From the NCBI GenBank assembly GCA_963664435.2, contig CAXXKM010000003.1:512001-576000 (forward strand): a stretch of DNA of 64,000 bases, in the 5' to 3' direction. The position numbers and the translations under genes are program-made. Shown piece by piece: positions 41,489-51,425 of this stretch. The stretch's first letter is position 1, and each line of letters starts with the position of its first letter. This DNA comes from Longimicrobiales bacterium. GTDB lineage: Bacteria > Gemmatimonadota > Gemmatimonadetes > Longimicrobiales > Gaopeijiaceae. Under the pieces are notes generated by a model. The model did not search any database, was not told where the DNA came from, and saw only the letters and a list, made by a program, of their open reading frames with translations.

Positions 41489-41506
41489 CTTAGGAGATCT
41501 CCTAAG
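41489..41506. promoter_or_regulatory. Perfect 18-bp palindrome, operator-like, upstream of the ICE transfer operon
   Basis: CTTAGGAGATCTCCTAAG just before TTGACT. Confidence 0.5.
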
Positions 41507-41569
41507 AGTTGACTTCCTGGAAAAGGTCCTTTCAACGTTACGGGCCTTGACACGGCTGGATCGGCTCTC

Positions 41570-42121
41570 ATGCAGACCCTGGAGGAGCAATTCAACGCAC
41601 GGCTGAACGCGTTTCTGGGCAGCACGGGCATGAGTCCGACGACGCTCGGCATGCTGGCGGTGGGCGACCCGAACCTGCTGCGCCAGATCGAGCGGGGGCG
41701 CTCGCCGTCGCTCAGGACGGCGGACCGGATTCTGGCCTTCCTGGCCGCCTACGAGGCGGATCCGGCCGCTGCGATGGCTCGGTACGCCCGGCCTGTCGCG
41801 CCGAGGCCGGCGAGACGGTGGAGGAAGACGAACCGGAGTGGAGCGATGAGTAGAGACCGGAGGACTGCGAGAACGAGGCCGACGATCCGTTTCCTGCGGA
41901 TCTCGGAAGTCGAGGCGCTGACCGGCCTGTCGCGGACGACGATCTACGACTGGTCGGCGGACGGGCGCTTCCCCCGGGCGGTCCGGCTGAGCGGGCGCGC
42001 GGTGCGCTGGATCGAGTCGGAGGTCCTGGAATGGATGGATGAGCGGATCGAGCACGACCGGGTCGGGGACGACGCCCCGGCGCCGACACCACAACTGACT
42101 CCCGAGGAGGAGAGCGAATGA
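41570..42121 (+). CDS. Cro-like HTH fused to an AlpA domain
   Basis: GMSPTTLG..AVGDP..GRSP; RFLRISEV..TGLSRTTIY..GRFP..WIESEV. Confidence 0.8.
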   Translation: MQTLEEQFNARLNAFLGSTGMSPTTLGMLAVGDPNLLRQIERGRSPSLRTADRILAFLAAYEADPAAAMARYARPVAPRPARRWRKTNRSGAMSRDRRTARTRPTIRFLRISEVEALTGLSRTTIYDWSADGRFPRAVRLSGRAVRWIESEVLEWMDERIEHDRVGDDAPAPTPQLTPEEESE

Positions 42122-42405
42122 GAACGTTGTCGAGAACGCTGAAGGTGGCCGCCTGGGCCGCGCTGCTGGCGCTGACGCCGGGTGTGCTCTGGGCGCAGGG
42201 GACGAGCCCATGGGTCGAGGCGGTGGACGAGCTACAGACGCAGTTCACGGGTCCGATCGCGCGCGGGCTGTCGCTGATCGCGATCGTGGTGGGCGGGCTG
42301 ATGTTCGCGTTCGGCGAAGGCGGCAGCAAGCGCACGCTGGCCGGGATCATCTTCGGGATCGGGATGGCCGTCGGTGCCGTGAACTTCCTGGCCTGGCTGT
42401 TCTGA
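42118..42405 (+). CDS. VirB2/TrbC pilin
   Basis: Signal, SPW..L...FTGP, two hydrophobic segments. Confidence 0.85.
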   Translation: MRTLSRTLKVAAWAALLALTPGVLWAQGTSPWVEAVDELQTQFTGPIARGLSLIAIVVGGLMFAFGEGGSKRTLAGIIFGIGMAVGAVNFLAWLF

Positions 42406-42710
42406 TGCGGGGACTGAGGCGCTGGGCGGGCTACGCCGCGCTCAACCGGCCGCTGACCGTTCTAGGCGTCGAGCGGCGGCTGTTCCTGCTGGGCGCGACG
42501 CTCGCGCTCTCGGTGTGGAACGCGACGGCCTCGCTGGTGGCGGGCGGCGTGATCTTCGCCGGCTGCTACGGTGCGGGCTGGCTCGCTGGCCGGAAGGACC
42601 CGGCCATGCTCGCGGTGCTCCGTGCGGCGTCGCGCCACCCGGCGCGGTTCGATCCGGGCAAGTGGGCGGCTGAGCCCTGGCACCTGAAGGTCCGGGGAAC
42701 CGGCGAGTGA
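42405..42710 (+). CDS. VirB3/TrbD-like protein
   Basis: ALNRPLTVLGVER, TM pair, KDP; position before virB4. Confidence 0.8.
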   Translation: MRGLRRWAGYAALNRPLTVLGVERRLFLLGATLALSVWNATASLVAGGVIFAGCYGAGWLAGRKDPAMLAVLRAASRHPARFDPGKWAAEPWHLKVRGTGE

Positions 42711-45163
42711 GGGTCGCCGAGGAGTTTCGGGCGCACGAGGCGGCGGGCTCGCTGGCCGAGGAGCTGCCCTACTGGGGCTGGCTCGACGATGGCCGCACCT
42801 GCCTGGCGCGCTCGGGCGAGTTGATCGCGGCCGGCCGGCTGTTGCCCGCCGCCGTGGACGGGCGCACGCCGGAGCAGGTCGACCGGGTGCTGGGGCTCTG
42901 GCAGCGGCTTCTGTCGGGACTCGACCCGAGCGCGCGCCTCTACTTCTATCTGCTCCGGCGCCCGGCGGCGATGGCCGATCCGGCGGCTGCGAACGTTTCC
43001 GAGATCGCGTCCGTCTCGGGGCGTAAACGCCGTTTGTTCCTGGCCCGGCGGGTGCAGCGGCTGGACGCCTACGTCGTCTGGTCGCTCGGGTCCGCTCTCC
43101 GTCCGGTGGCCAGGCGCACGCGGTCCGGACCGCTGGCCCGGCTCGCCCGGCTGCGCAAGCGACGGAGGAAGGGCGCGCCGACGTACCTCGCCTCCGAGGT
43201 CGAGGCGGCGGCGGACCGGTTCCGCGCGATGGTCGAGGCGGGCCGCTCGCTGGTGGCCGAGCACACGCCAGTCGAGATGCTGGAGGCCGTGGAAGCGTCC
43301 CGGCTGCTGTCGGAACTGATCAACCGCCCGGGCATGGCGTGGGACGGCGCGACGGGCAGCGGCATGAACTGGCGGCTCGCACTGTCGGAGCTGGAGGCCG
43401 AGCGCAGTCACCTGAAGCTGGACGGCGAGCCGGTGATCCTCTACTCGCTGTTGTCACCGCCGGGCCAGGCCCACGCCAACCTGCTCAAGGATCTCTACTG
43501 CCTCGATGCCACGTTGACCGTCTCGCTCGAATGGCGGCCGTGGACGGTCGAGGCGGCCAGGCGCCGGATCCGGGGCGCGCAGCGGCACTACTTCTCGCGG
43601 CGCTACTCGATGATGGCGCACGTGCAGGAGACCGAGGGCACGGCATCGGCGATGGTCGATTCGGCCGCCGCGGTCGAGTCAGACCGGCTGGGCGCCGCGC
43701 TCGTCGAACTCGAAGCCGACGGCGTGGCCTACGGCGACGCGGCGCTCACCGTTGCGCTCCACGGCGAGCTTGAGGATATCGAGCGGCTGGACGGCGACGT
43801 GCGCCGCCTGTTCGCCGCGCACGACGCGAAGGCAGTCCGCGAGGGCTACGGCCAGCTGCCCGTCTGGTTCTCGCGGCTGCCGGCCCAGCCGCGCAAGCGG
43901 CAGGTCAGGACGGCGTTCGTCTCGGCCGGGCTCACCGCTTGCCTCGCGCCCGTGTTCGGGCCGCCGAAGGGTTCGGCCCGGTGCAAGCACCTGGACCGCG
44001 AGTCGCTCGCGGTGCTGGAGACGCCTTGGCGCACGGCGTACCACTACGACCTGTTCCGTGGCGACGTGGGCCACACGCTGATCCTGGGCGCGACGGGCTC
44101 GGGCAAGAGCTTCGCGCTCAACTTCCTGCTGGTCGAGGCGCTCAAGTACGGTCCGCGCGTGCTGATCCTGGACCTGGGCGGCTCCTACCGCTGGCTGACC
44201 CGGTTCCTCGGGGGTTCCTACCTCGAGCTCACGCCCGGCAGCGACGCCGATTCCGGGCTGAGCCTTCAGCCGTTCGCGCTGCCCGCGGGCACGCGCACGT
44301 TCCAGTTCCTGACCGGCTGGGTGCTCCGGCTGCTGAGGCTCGGGGGCTACGAGCCGACGGGCGCGGACACGAGCGAGATCCGCTCTCGGATCGAGGACCT
44401 GTACGCGCTTGGAGCCGAGCGCCGCACGCTGAGCGTGCTGACCGGCTCGCTTCCCGCCGCCATGTGGCCGGCGCTCAGCCGCTGGACCGGCGACGGCGTC
44501 TGGGGCCGGTTCTTCGACAACGCGCCGGTCGGCGGGGCCGACCTCGAGTTCCGCGACTGGCAGGTGATCGACCTGGCGGGCGCGGCGGAGCACGCGGACC
44601 TGTGCGAGGCGGCGCTGGCCTACTTGCTCGAACGGATGCGGCTGGAGATTGAGGACCCCCAGGAAGCCGCGCGGCTCAAGCTGATGGTCGTGGACGAGGC
44701 GTGGCGCTACCTGGCCGACCCGGCCGTGCTCGCCTACCTGGCCGAGGCCGCGAAGACGTGGCGCAAGAAGAACGCCGCGCTCGTGCTCGCCACCCAGTCG
44801 GCCGTGGACATGACCGGGACGTCCGGCGCATCGGCGCTGCTCGAGTCGATCCCGACGAAGCTGTTCCTGGCGAACCCCGAGTTGCCGGACGAAGTCGGCG
44901 TCGTGTTCCGGCTGAACGAGTCGGAGGTCGGGCGGATCCGGGAGCTGACGCCGAAGCGCGAACTGTATCTCCGGCGGCCCGACGAGGCGGCCGTGCTCCG
45001 CCTCGAAGTTGATCCGGAGAGCTACTGGCTCTACACGTCCTCGCCGCTGGACGCAGAGAAACGGGCCGAGGCCGTCAAGAGACACGGACTCGCACGGGCG
45101 CTTGAAGTCCTGGCGAACCCTCTCGCCCAACCCCCTACACCGAAGGAGGAAAGAACACGATGA
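42707..45163 (+). CDS. VirB4/TrbE ATPase
   Basis: GHTLILGATGSGKS, VDEAW, KTWRKKN, LATQS. Confidence 0.92.
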   Translation: MRVAEEFRAHEAAGSLAEELPYWGWLDDGRTCLARSGELIAAGRLLPAAVDGRTPEQVDRVLGLWQRLLSGLDPSARLYFYLLRRPAAMADPAAANVSEIASVSGRKRRLFLARRVQRLDAYVVWSLGSALRPVARRTRSGPLARLARLRKRRRKGAPTYLASEVEAAADRFRAMVEAGRSLVAEHTPVEMLEAVEASRLLSELINRPGMAWDGATGSGMNWRLALSELEAERSHLKLDGEPVILYSLLSPPGQAHANLLKDLYCLDATLTVSLEWRPWTVEAARRRIRGAQRHYFSRRYSMMAHVQETEGTASAMVDSAAAVESDRLGAALVELEADGVAYGDAALTVALHGELEDIERLDGDVRRLFAAHDAKAVREGYGQLPVWFSRLPAQPRKRQVRTAFVSAGLTACLAPVFGPPKGSARCKHLDRESLAVLETPWRTAYHYDLFRGDVGHTLILGATGSGKSFALNFLLVEALKYGPRVLILDLGGSYRWLTRFLGGSYLELTPGSDADSGLSLQPFALPAGTRTFQFLTGWVLRLLRLGGYEPTGADTSEIRSRIEDLYALGAERRTLSVLTGSLPAAMWPALSRWTGDGVWGRFFDNAPVGGADLEFRDWQVIDLAGAAEHADLCEAALAYLLERMRLEIEDPQEAARLKLMVVDEAWRYLADPAVLAYLAEAAKTWRKKNAALVLATQSAVDMTGTSGASALLESIPTKLFLANPELPDEVGVVFRLNESEVGRIRELTPKRELYLRRPDEAAVLRLEVDPESYWLYTSSPLDAEKRAEAVKRHGLARALEVLANPLAQPPTPKEERTR

Positions 45164-45996
45164 GACCCGCAACGATACCTGTCGCACTGACGCTTCTGCT
45201 GGCGGCGTTCCCCGCCGCCGCCCAGGAACACAAGTCGGCCAAGCAGCGCGACGAGGAGGCGACGTTCCTTCGCGTGCCCGCCGCCGAGGCCGGCCAGGAC
45301 CACATTTACTCTGTTCGCGCGCGCGTGAGGCACACGACCGTGATCGTGCTCCCGGCATCCGAGAGGATCCTCGACTTCGTGGCCGGCGACTCGGAGTACT
45401 GGCACCTGACGGGCGCGGCCAACGTCGCCTACCTGAAGCCCCTGGCCGAGGACGCGGCGACCAACATCGCGCTCGTCTGCGAGTCGGGCCGCATCTACTC
45501 GTTCCTCGTCGAGGAGCACGGCGACGAACCGCCGCACCTGATCGTCCGGGTCGAGACAGGCGCGGAGGCCGAGCGCATGTCCAGTGCGGGCGCGCCCGCG
45601 TTCGTCGCGCGGAGCGAGGTCGCCGCCTACCGGGAGATGGCCGCCGAGGCCGCCCAGGCGGCGCGCAGAGCGCAGGCGGCGGCGGACGCAGAGATCGAGG
45701 CGTTCCGCGCCTCCTATCCCACCCGGCTTGCGTTCGAGTACCGGCTGGACCGGGACGCGTCGCGGCGTCCGTTCCTCGTCGAGGCGATGTGGCACGACGG
45801 GCAGTTCACCTATCTGCGCTCGCACGCCCAGGAAGCGCCGGCCCTCTACGAGCTGCGGGACGGCGAGCCGAGCCTGGTCGCGTTCGACTTGGGCGAGGAC
45901 GGGCTCTACGTCGCGCGCCGCGTGCTGGGCGACGGGTGGCTCCAGATCGGGGACGAGCGGCTGCGCTGGCGGTTCGAGCCCGCGGATGCGCGATGA
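45160..45996 (+). CDS. VirB9/TrbG
   Basis: Signal peptide, YLKP, WHDGQFTY, APALY. Confidence 0.85.
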   Translation: MRPATIPVALTLLLAAFPAAAQEHKSAKQRDEEATFLRVPAAEAGQDHIYSVRARVRHTTVIVLPASERILDFVAGDSEYWHLTGAANVAYLKPLAEDAATNIALVCESGRIYSFLVEEHGDEPPHLIVRVETGAEAERMSSAGAPAFVARSEVAAYREMAAEAAQAARRAQAAADAEIEAFRASYPTRLAFEYRLDRDASRRPFLVEAMWHDGQFTYLRSHAQEAPALYELRDGEPSLVAFDLGEDGLYVARRVLGDGWLQIGDERLRWRFEPADAR

Positions 45997-47255
45997 GCCG
46001 CTGGAAGCAGTGGATCAAGGAGCCGAAGGGCGCGCTGCCGGGCGGCATCATCACGAAGGCGGGGATCGCGCTGATCGGCGTGCTCATCGCCGGCATGCTG
46101 TTCTCGTCGTCGCTCACGGGTCCCGAGGAGGACCCGATGGCTCCCGCCCCTTTCGAGGCGCAGGCCGTGGACGACCGGGCGGGCCGCTCGTTCGAAGGAC
46201 GGCTGCGCGCCGAGGCGGAGCGCCAAGTCCTGCGGGCTGCGGCCGACGATGCCCGCGCCGACAGCGAACGCCGCCAGGCCGAGGCCGAGACGGCCGGTGC
46301 CGGTGGCGCGCGTGGAGCCGGAGGCGGCGAGCTCGGAGCGGCAGGCACGGAGGATGAAGCGGTCGGGATGGTCCAGGCCGAGTACGAGCTTCGCGAGGCG
46401 CTGCGGCTCGAAGAGATCGAGCGGCGGACGCGCTCGCTCCGCTCGCTGCCCGTTGCCCGGACCTACAGGGACCCGAACGAAGCGCGGGACCCAACCCGCA
46501 CGTCGGCGGCCGAGCCCGAGGCGCCCGAGGCGGCGCTCGATGCAATGCTCGCGTCCTTCGGACAGTCGGTCGCCGCCTTGGAGGCCGAGATGCAGGCCGG
46601 GATGGCGGCCGAGGGGCTCCTGTCCGGCTCGCCGGAAGCTGCGCCGCAGGGAACTCGCGTCCCCGGCACGGCGGACCCGACCCTCAGTGTCCGGCCGCTG
46701 GACCCGCCGGGCTGGGAGCGGATCCGCGAGGGCTCGTTCCTCGAAGCCGTGTTGCTCACCCAACTCTCGGGCGAGTTCCCCGGACCCGTGCTCGCGATGG
46801 TGTCGGTGCCGCTGTATTCGGCCGACCGCCAGCGGGTCCTCGTTCCACGCGGCGCGCGCGTCGTGGGCACCGCCCGGGCCGTGCAGGACCGCGACCAGAG
46901 CCGCCTGGCGGTCGCGTTCCACCGGCTGCTGATGCCGGACGAAAGCTGGATCGACCTCGAGTTCGCGGGGCTGAACCAGGCGGGCGAGGGCGCGCTCAAG
47001 GACCGGGTGAGCCGCCACTACTTCTCGACGTTCGCGGCCGCGGGCGCCATCGGCGCGCTCAGCGGACTCACGCTGGCCGGAGCCTCACCCTACGGCCTTC
47101 GGGCCGGCGTCGGCCAGGGGCTCGGAGGGAGCGCCACCTCCGTCCTCGACCGGTTCCTGAACCGGATGCCCGAGATCACGATCCGCGCCGGCCACCGGCT
47201 CCGCATCTGGTTCACCGCCGATGCCCTCATTCCCACCCCCGACCCACACCAATGA
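45993..47255 (+). CDS. VirB10/TrbI
   Basis: N-terminal TM; EGSFLEAVL, VPRGARVVG, PEITIRAG. Confidence 0.85.
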   Translation: MSRWKQWIKEPKGALPGGIITKAGIALIGVLIAGMLFSSSLTGPEEDPMAPAPFEAQAVDDRAGRSFEGRLRAEAERQVLRAAADDARADSERRQAEAETAGAGGARGAGGGELGAAGTEDEAVGMVQAEYELREALRLEEIERRTRSLRSLPVARTYRDPNEARDPTRTSAAEPEAPEAALDAMLASFGQSVAALEAEMQAGMAAEGLLSGSPEAAPQGTRVPGTADPTLSVRPLDPPGWERIREGSFLEAVLLTQLSGEFPGPVLAMVSVPLYSADRQRVLVPRGARVVGTARAVQDRDQSRLAVAFHRLLMPDESWIDLEFAGLNQAGEGALKDRVSRHYFSTFAAAGAIGALSGLTLAGASPYGLRAGVGQGLGGSATSVLDRFLNRMPEITIRAGHRLRIWFTADALIPTPDPHQ

Positions 47256-47901
47256 CACGAAAGGACTCTCCCATGCTTCACCGCATCCTCGCCCCCGCCG
47301 TTTTCCTTGCGCTGTTCACCCTTGCGAGCCCCAGGCCCGCGAGCGCCCAGTTTGACTTCGGCAGCTGGGTCCAGCGCGCCACGATCATCGCGAATCAGAT
47401 CAGGCAGATCTCGAACCAGGTCAGCCAGATCCGGTCGATGGCCCGCCAGCTCACCGAGCTCGAGGACCAGCTCGACCACATGGAGCGCGCCGCGCGCGGC
47501 GAGATCGACGCGCTGCTCGCGCCGTTCTCCCGGCTCGCCGCCGAGCCCGTGGGACTGGTGCGCGACGGACTCTCCTGGAGCGCGGACTTCCAGGGCGCGG
47601 CACGACAGACGGTCGATGCCGTTCGGGGCATGGGAACCGGCGGCCGCTCGTTCACCGGACTCTGGCAAAGCGCGAGAAGCACGGCCGACCGGGTGTCGGA
47701 AGCCGATGTCGTCGCGCTGTTCCGCGACTTGCCGCCTGGAGCCGCCACGCGGGCGGCCGAAGACTACCGCCGTGCCCGCGAAGCCGCCGACCGGCAGCGG
47801 GTGCTCGACTACGCGACGCTCGACGCGGCGTCCGCGCTCGCCGAGACCATCGAGAGCGCGCAGGGCTCGTTCGCCGGACTGACCGCGAACGGCAACCTGT
47901 C
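47252..47901 (+). pseudogene. VirB5/TrbJ-like protein, 5' part (split by the IME)
   Basis: Signal peptide, NQI.QI.NQ pattern; host-like coding ends at ANGNLS. Confidence 0.75.
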
Positions 47902-48162
47902 AAGAGAGCACCTAAGTCGTTGTGCCCATTGGACCATTGGCTCGCAGGCTTCTGAGATGCCCCCAGAGTTGCCCCAATCGTGCAGTTGCTTCCAACAACC
48001 CCCGTCAGCACGGCTCGTTGCCCTTCCGGTGCTGGGCGCGTCCGCAGAGCCCGTCACCGAAGCTGGCGAGGGCCAACCGGGTTCTCGTGTTCACCCCGAG
48101 CACTACGGGACCGACGCCCGGATGATTCCGGGATTTACCACTGAGAGAAGGAGGACGGAGCG

Positions 48163-48399
48163 ATGACGAGTGTGATCGAACAGAAGAGGCAGGGGCAAGT
48201 GCGCTTTCTGCGGCTGCCGGAGGTGCTGGCCCGCACGGGCCTGTCGCGGAGCACGGTCTATGTACGGCTGGACGAGGGGCGCTTCCCCCGGCCGGTCTCG
48301 CTGGGCGGGCGCGCTGTCGGCTGGATCGAGTCGGAAGTGGACGAGTGGATCAGGGAGCGGATCGACGAGAGCCGCGTCAGAGACCAGCGGCCAGGTTGA
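48163..48399 (+). CDS. AlpA family excisionase/regulator
   Basis: RFLRLPEVLARTGLSRSTVY..GRFP..GWIESEV. Confidence 0.9.
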   Translation: MTSVIEQKRQGQVRFLRLPEVLARTGLSRSTVYVRLDEGRFPRPVSLGGRAVGWIESEVDEWIRERIDESRVRDQRPG

Positions 48400-48474
48400 T
48401 CGCCGCCGCTCCGTATCCTATCCTCCCCGTTCTCGAACCGTCTAGGCTGTTACCAACCGGAATGGAGACTACTA

Positions 48475-50226
48475 TTGGCCCGATTCACGGACGCGGAACT
48501 CATCCTGAGGGTCGCCGAGCACTGGAAAACGCGATGCCTCCTGGACGGGGAATCGCTCTTCACTCAGCGATCACTCTGGACACGCGAGAACTTCGAGGAA
48601 TTCCGCCAATTGTATGTGGACCGTCCTCTCGTCGGCCAGGAGTCGTTCCTATGGAAGCTGGAGCAACAGCTAGCCCCAGGCTCAAAGAGGATCGCGTGCC
48701 TTTGGGCGGAGATGGACTGGCTATACAGGCTCATCGTGAGCCGTTCCGCACAGGGACCCGAGAAGAAGCGCGACAGCATTCGCCACATCTGGCAGTGGTC
48801 GGGCGAGGATTTCCCAGAGAAACACGACCTACTCAGCGATCGAGTGCTGGGGGGCGGAGTGCTACGTCCGGGCAGGGCATTCTATAGTCTCGCATGGAAG
48901 GAGTACCACTTCTTTGGACTCGCCATGCAGGATTGGTTCTCGCAGAATCTTGGCCGTACCGGGCTGGCGAACGAGCCCTGGGAGTTCGCGTCGTGGCTGG
49001 ATTCTACGGAAGCCGCGGGCAAACGCGCATTCCGGCACGCGCTGCTCTTCCTGCTCTTCCCCGACGAGTTTGAACCGATCGTCTCAAGCAGCGGCAAAGA
49101 GAAGATCGCAAAGAGACTCCCTCTCGGAGAAGCGTTCAAGACTCCTAATCTGGTGGCCGTGGATCGAGCCCTGCTCCAGATCCGGCGACACCTCGAAACC
49201 GAATACCCCGATATTCCGAAGGAGGAGATTCACTTCTACAAGTCTCCGGTCAAGGAACTCTGGGACCCGCCAGAGCCGAAGCCACCCCCACCACCTCCTC
49301 CGCCTCCTCCGCCTCCTGAGGAAAACGGGGATGACTCGAACGGGAAATACGGTATCGCGGACGCCCACCAAGACCTCTTCATTCCCCTTGACGACCTGGA
49401 ACGCCTCCTTGCTTCCATCAAGTTCCGCAAGAATCTCATCCTCCAAGGTCCCCCCGGGACCGGAAAGACCTTCATCGCTAACCGGATCGCCTGGTGCCTC
49501 GCCGGCCGAAGGGATGATGATCCCATCGAGATGATCCAGTTCCACCAGTCCTACGCATACGAGGATTTCGTCGAAGGCTTCAGGCCCAACAACGAGGGGA
49601 GCTTCGATCTGAAGCCGGGCGTCTTCCAGCGCTTCTGCGAACGCGCGCGAGCCAACCAGGAAACCCCTCACGTCTTCATCATCGACGAGATCAACCGCGG
49701 CAACCTCTCCCGGATCTTCGGCGAACTGCTCATGCTGATCGAGCGCGACAAGCGGAGCGAGAAGTACGCCGTCGCAATGACCTATTCGGAGAAGCGGTTC
49801 TACGTGCCCCCAAACGTCTTCATCCTCGGGATGATGAACACCGCCGACCGGTCCCTGGCTCTGGTCGACTACGCGCTTCGCAGACGATTCGCGTTTGAGA
49901 CGCTGGAACCGGCTTACCGAACCGACTACGGCAGGACGGCGTTCACAGAGTATCTCGTCGAAGAAATGGGCGCGGATCCCGAGCTGGTCGTCCGCATCTC
50001 CGAACGGATGGCCGATCTCAACGAGGCGATTCGCCACGACAAGGAACTCGGCCCCGGCTTCGAGATCGGCCACAGCTACTTCGTTCCCGACGACGGTGAC
50101 GAGCCCTCGGAGGAATGGTACATGCGTGTTGTGAACACTCAGATCGTTCCGCTTCTGCGTGAGTACTGGTTCGACGTGCCGGAGCGTGTCGAGAAGGCTG
50201 TGGCGAGTCTTACCGGCAACGCCTGA
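48475..50226 (+). CDS. mcrB: McrB-like AAA+ GTPase
   Basis: GPPGTGKT, QFHQSYAYEDF, IIDEINRGN, MNTADRS, IGHSYF. Confidence 0.9.
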   Translation: MARFTDAELILRVAEHWKTRCLLDGESLFTQRSLWTRENFEEFRQLYVDRPLVGQESFLWKLEQQLAPGSKRIACLWAEMDWLYRLIVSRSAQGPEKKRDSIRHIWQWSGEDFPEKHDLLSDRVLGGGVLRPGRAFYSLAWKEYHFFGLAMQDWFSQNLGRTGLANEPWEFASWLDSTEAAGKRAFRHALLFLLFPDEFEPIVSSSGKEKIAKRLPLGEAFKTPNLVAVDRALLQIRRHLETEYPDIPKEEIHFYKSPVKELWDPPEPKPPPPPPPPPPPPEENGDDSNGKYGIADAHQDLFIPLDDLERLLASIKFRKNLILQGPPGTGKTFIANRIAWCLAGRRDDDPIEMIQFHQSYAYEDFVEGFRPNNEGSFDLKPGVFQRFCERARANQETPHVFIIDEINRGNLSRIFGELLMLIERDKRSEKYAVAMTYSEKRFYVPPNVFILGMMNTADRSLALVDYALRRRFAFETLEPAYRTDYGRTAFTEYLVEEMGADPELVVRISERMADLNEAIRHDKELGPGFEIGHSYFVPDDGDEPSEEWYMRVVNTQIVPLLREYWFDVPERVEKAVASLTGNA

Positions 50227-50229
50227 GCG

Positions 50230-51309
50230 TTGAAGAACATCCCGATCCTCAACGTCTACTACCTCCTCTGCTATGCTTGGGGACGCGTTCAGGAGCGGGA
50301 CACCACACGCCTAGCCTCTCTGGGAGACCTTTCGACGGTCCAGGACCTCCTCGGCAAGGTGCTCGCGCACGGCGTCAATCACCTCTTCCGGCGCGGCATC
50401 GACCGGGGGTACGTGGATCGACGGGAGGATCTCGCTGGAATCCGCGGCAAGCTGGCCGTCAGTGAAACGGCGAAGCGTGCGTTGCGGTTGCACGGCCGGG
50501 CCGCCTGCGACTTCGAGGAGCTATCGGTGGACATCCTGCCGAACCAGATCCTGCGCACGTCGTTACATGGGCTGCGGGACCGGAGGATCAGGCTCGACCG
50601 CACCGTGCGCGGCGAGGTCAACTCCGCGTACCGAAGGCTCGATGGCGTGTCACGGATCCACCTGAAGAGGAACACCTTCGGCCAGGTCCAGTTCGGCGGA
50701 AACCGCCGTCTATACCAATTCCTCCTCTCCGCGTGCAGGCTGCTCTACGAGAGTTCCCTCGTGGACGAGACCACCGGTCGTGCCGTGTTCCGTGACTTCC
50801 GCCGTGACGAGGCCATCATGTGGGCGCTGTTCGAAGAATTCGTCGCGGGATTCTACGAGCGCGAGCAGCGTGTTTACCGGGTGAATCCAAGGGGTGGACG
50901 TCGAATCGAGTGGGCGGACGCCTACGCTGAGGACGACACCAACTGGCGACGAATCCCCGCCATGACTGCCGATGTGGTCCTAGAATCGGCCCAGCGTCGG
51001 ATCATCCTGGACGCGAAGTACTACAAGGACGCGCTGTCGTCCGGACGCGGTTCAGGGATCGGCAAGCTGAAGTCCGAAAACCTGTACCAGCTGCTCGCGT
51101 ATCTGCGGAACCGGCAGGCAACGGGGCCGCAGGGAGCTGGGCACGATGGCATCCTTCTATATCCCCAGGTGGGCAACGAACCGCTTAGGGCAAAGATCCG
51201 CCTCGAAGGCTTCTGGATCCAAGCCCGGACCGTCAACCTCAACCAAAACTGGCGCCGGATTCACAACGAGATGCTGGAGACCATTGGGCTATCGGGTCCC
51301 GAATCATAG
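50230..51309 (+). CDS. mcrC: McrC-like nuclease
   Basis: IPILNVYYLLCYAW, LFEEFV, IILDAKYY, LYQLLAY, GILLYP. Confidence 0.9.
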   Translation: MKNIPILNVYYLLCYAWGRVQERDTTRLASLGDLSTVQDLLGKVLAHGVNHLFRRGIDRGYVDRREDLAGIRGKLAVSETAKRALRLHGRAACDFEELSVDILPNQILRTSLHGLRDRRIRLDRTVRGEVNSAYRRLDGVSRIHLKRNTFGQVQFGGNRRLYQFLLSACRLLYESSLVDETTGRAVFRDFRRDEAIMWALFEEFVAGFYEREQRVYRVNPRGGRRIEWADAYAEDDTNWRRIPAMTADVVLESAQRRIILDAKYYKDALSSGRGSGIGKLKSENLYQLLAYLRNRQATGPQGAGHDGILLYPQVGNEPLRAKIRLEGFWIQARTVNLNQNWRRIHNEMLETIGLSGPES

Positions 51310-51425
51310 CACGCGTATCGGCGAGCGCGGCATGCTACCGCAGTGGGTAGGGTGGTTCAATGCCGCTCGACGTTCGCGCCCAGCGACTCGCCTCCTAGCC
51401 GACTTCCCGAACCGTCACCCCGCAG

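Noticed and set aside
47252..48166. 304-aa ORF as an intact gene
   Set aside because: Everything after NGNLS is read-through into IME attL sequence.
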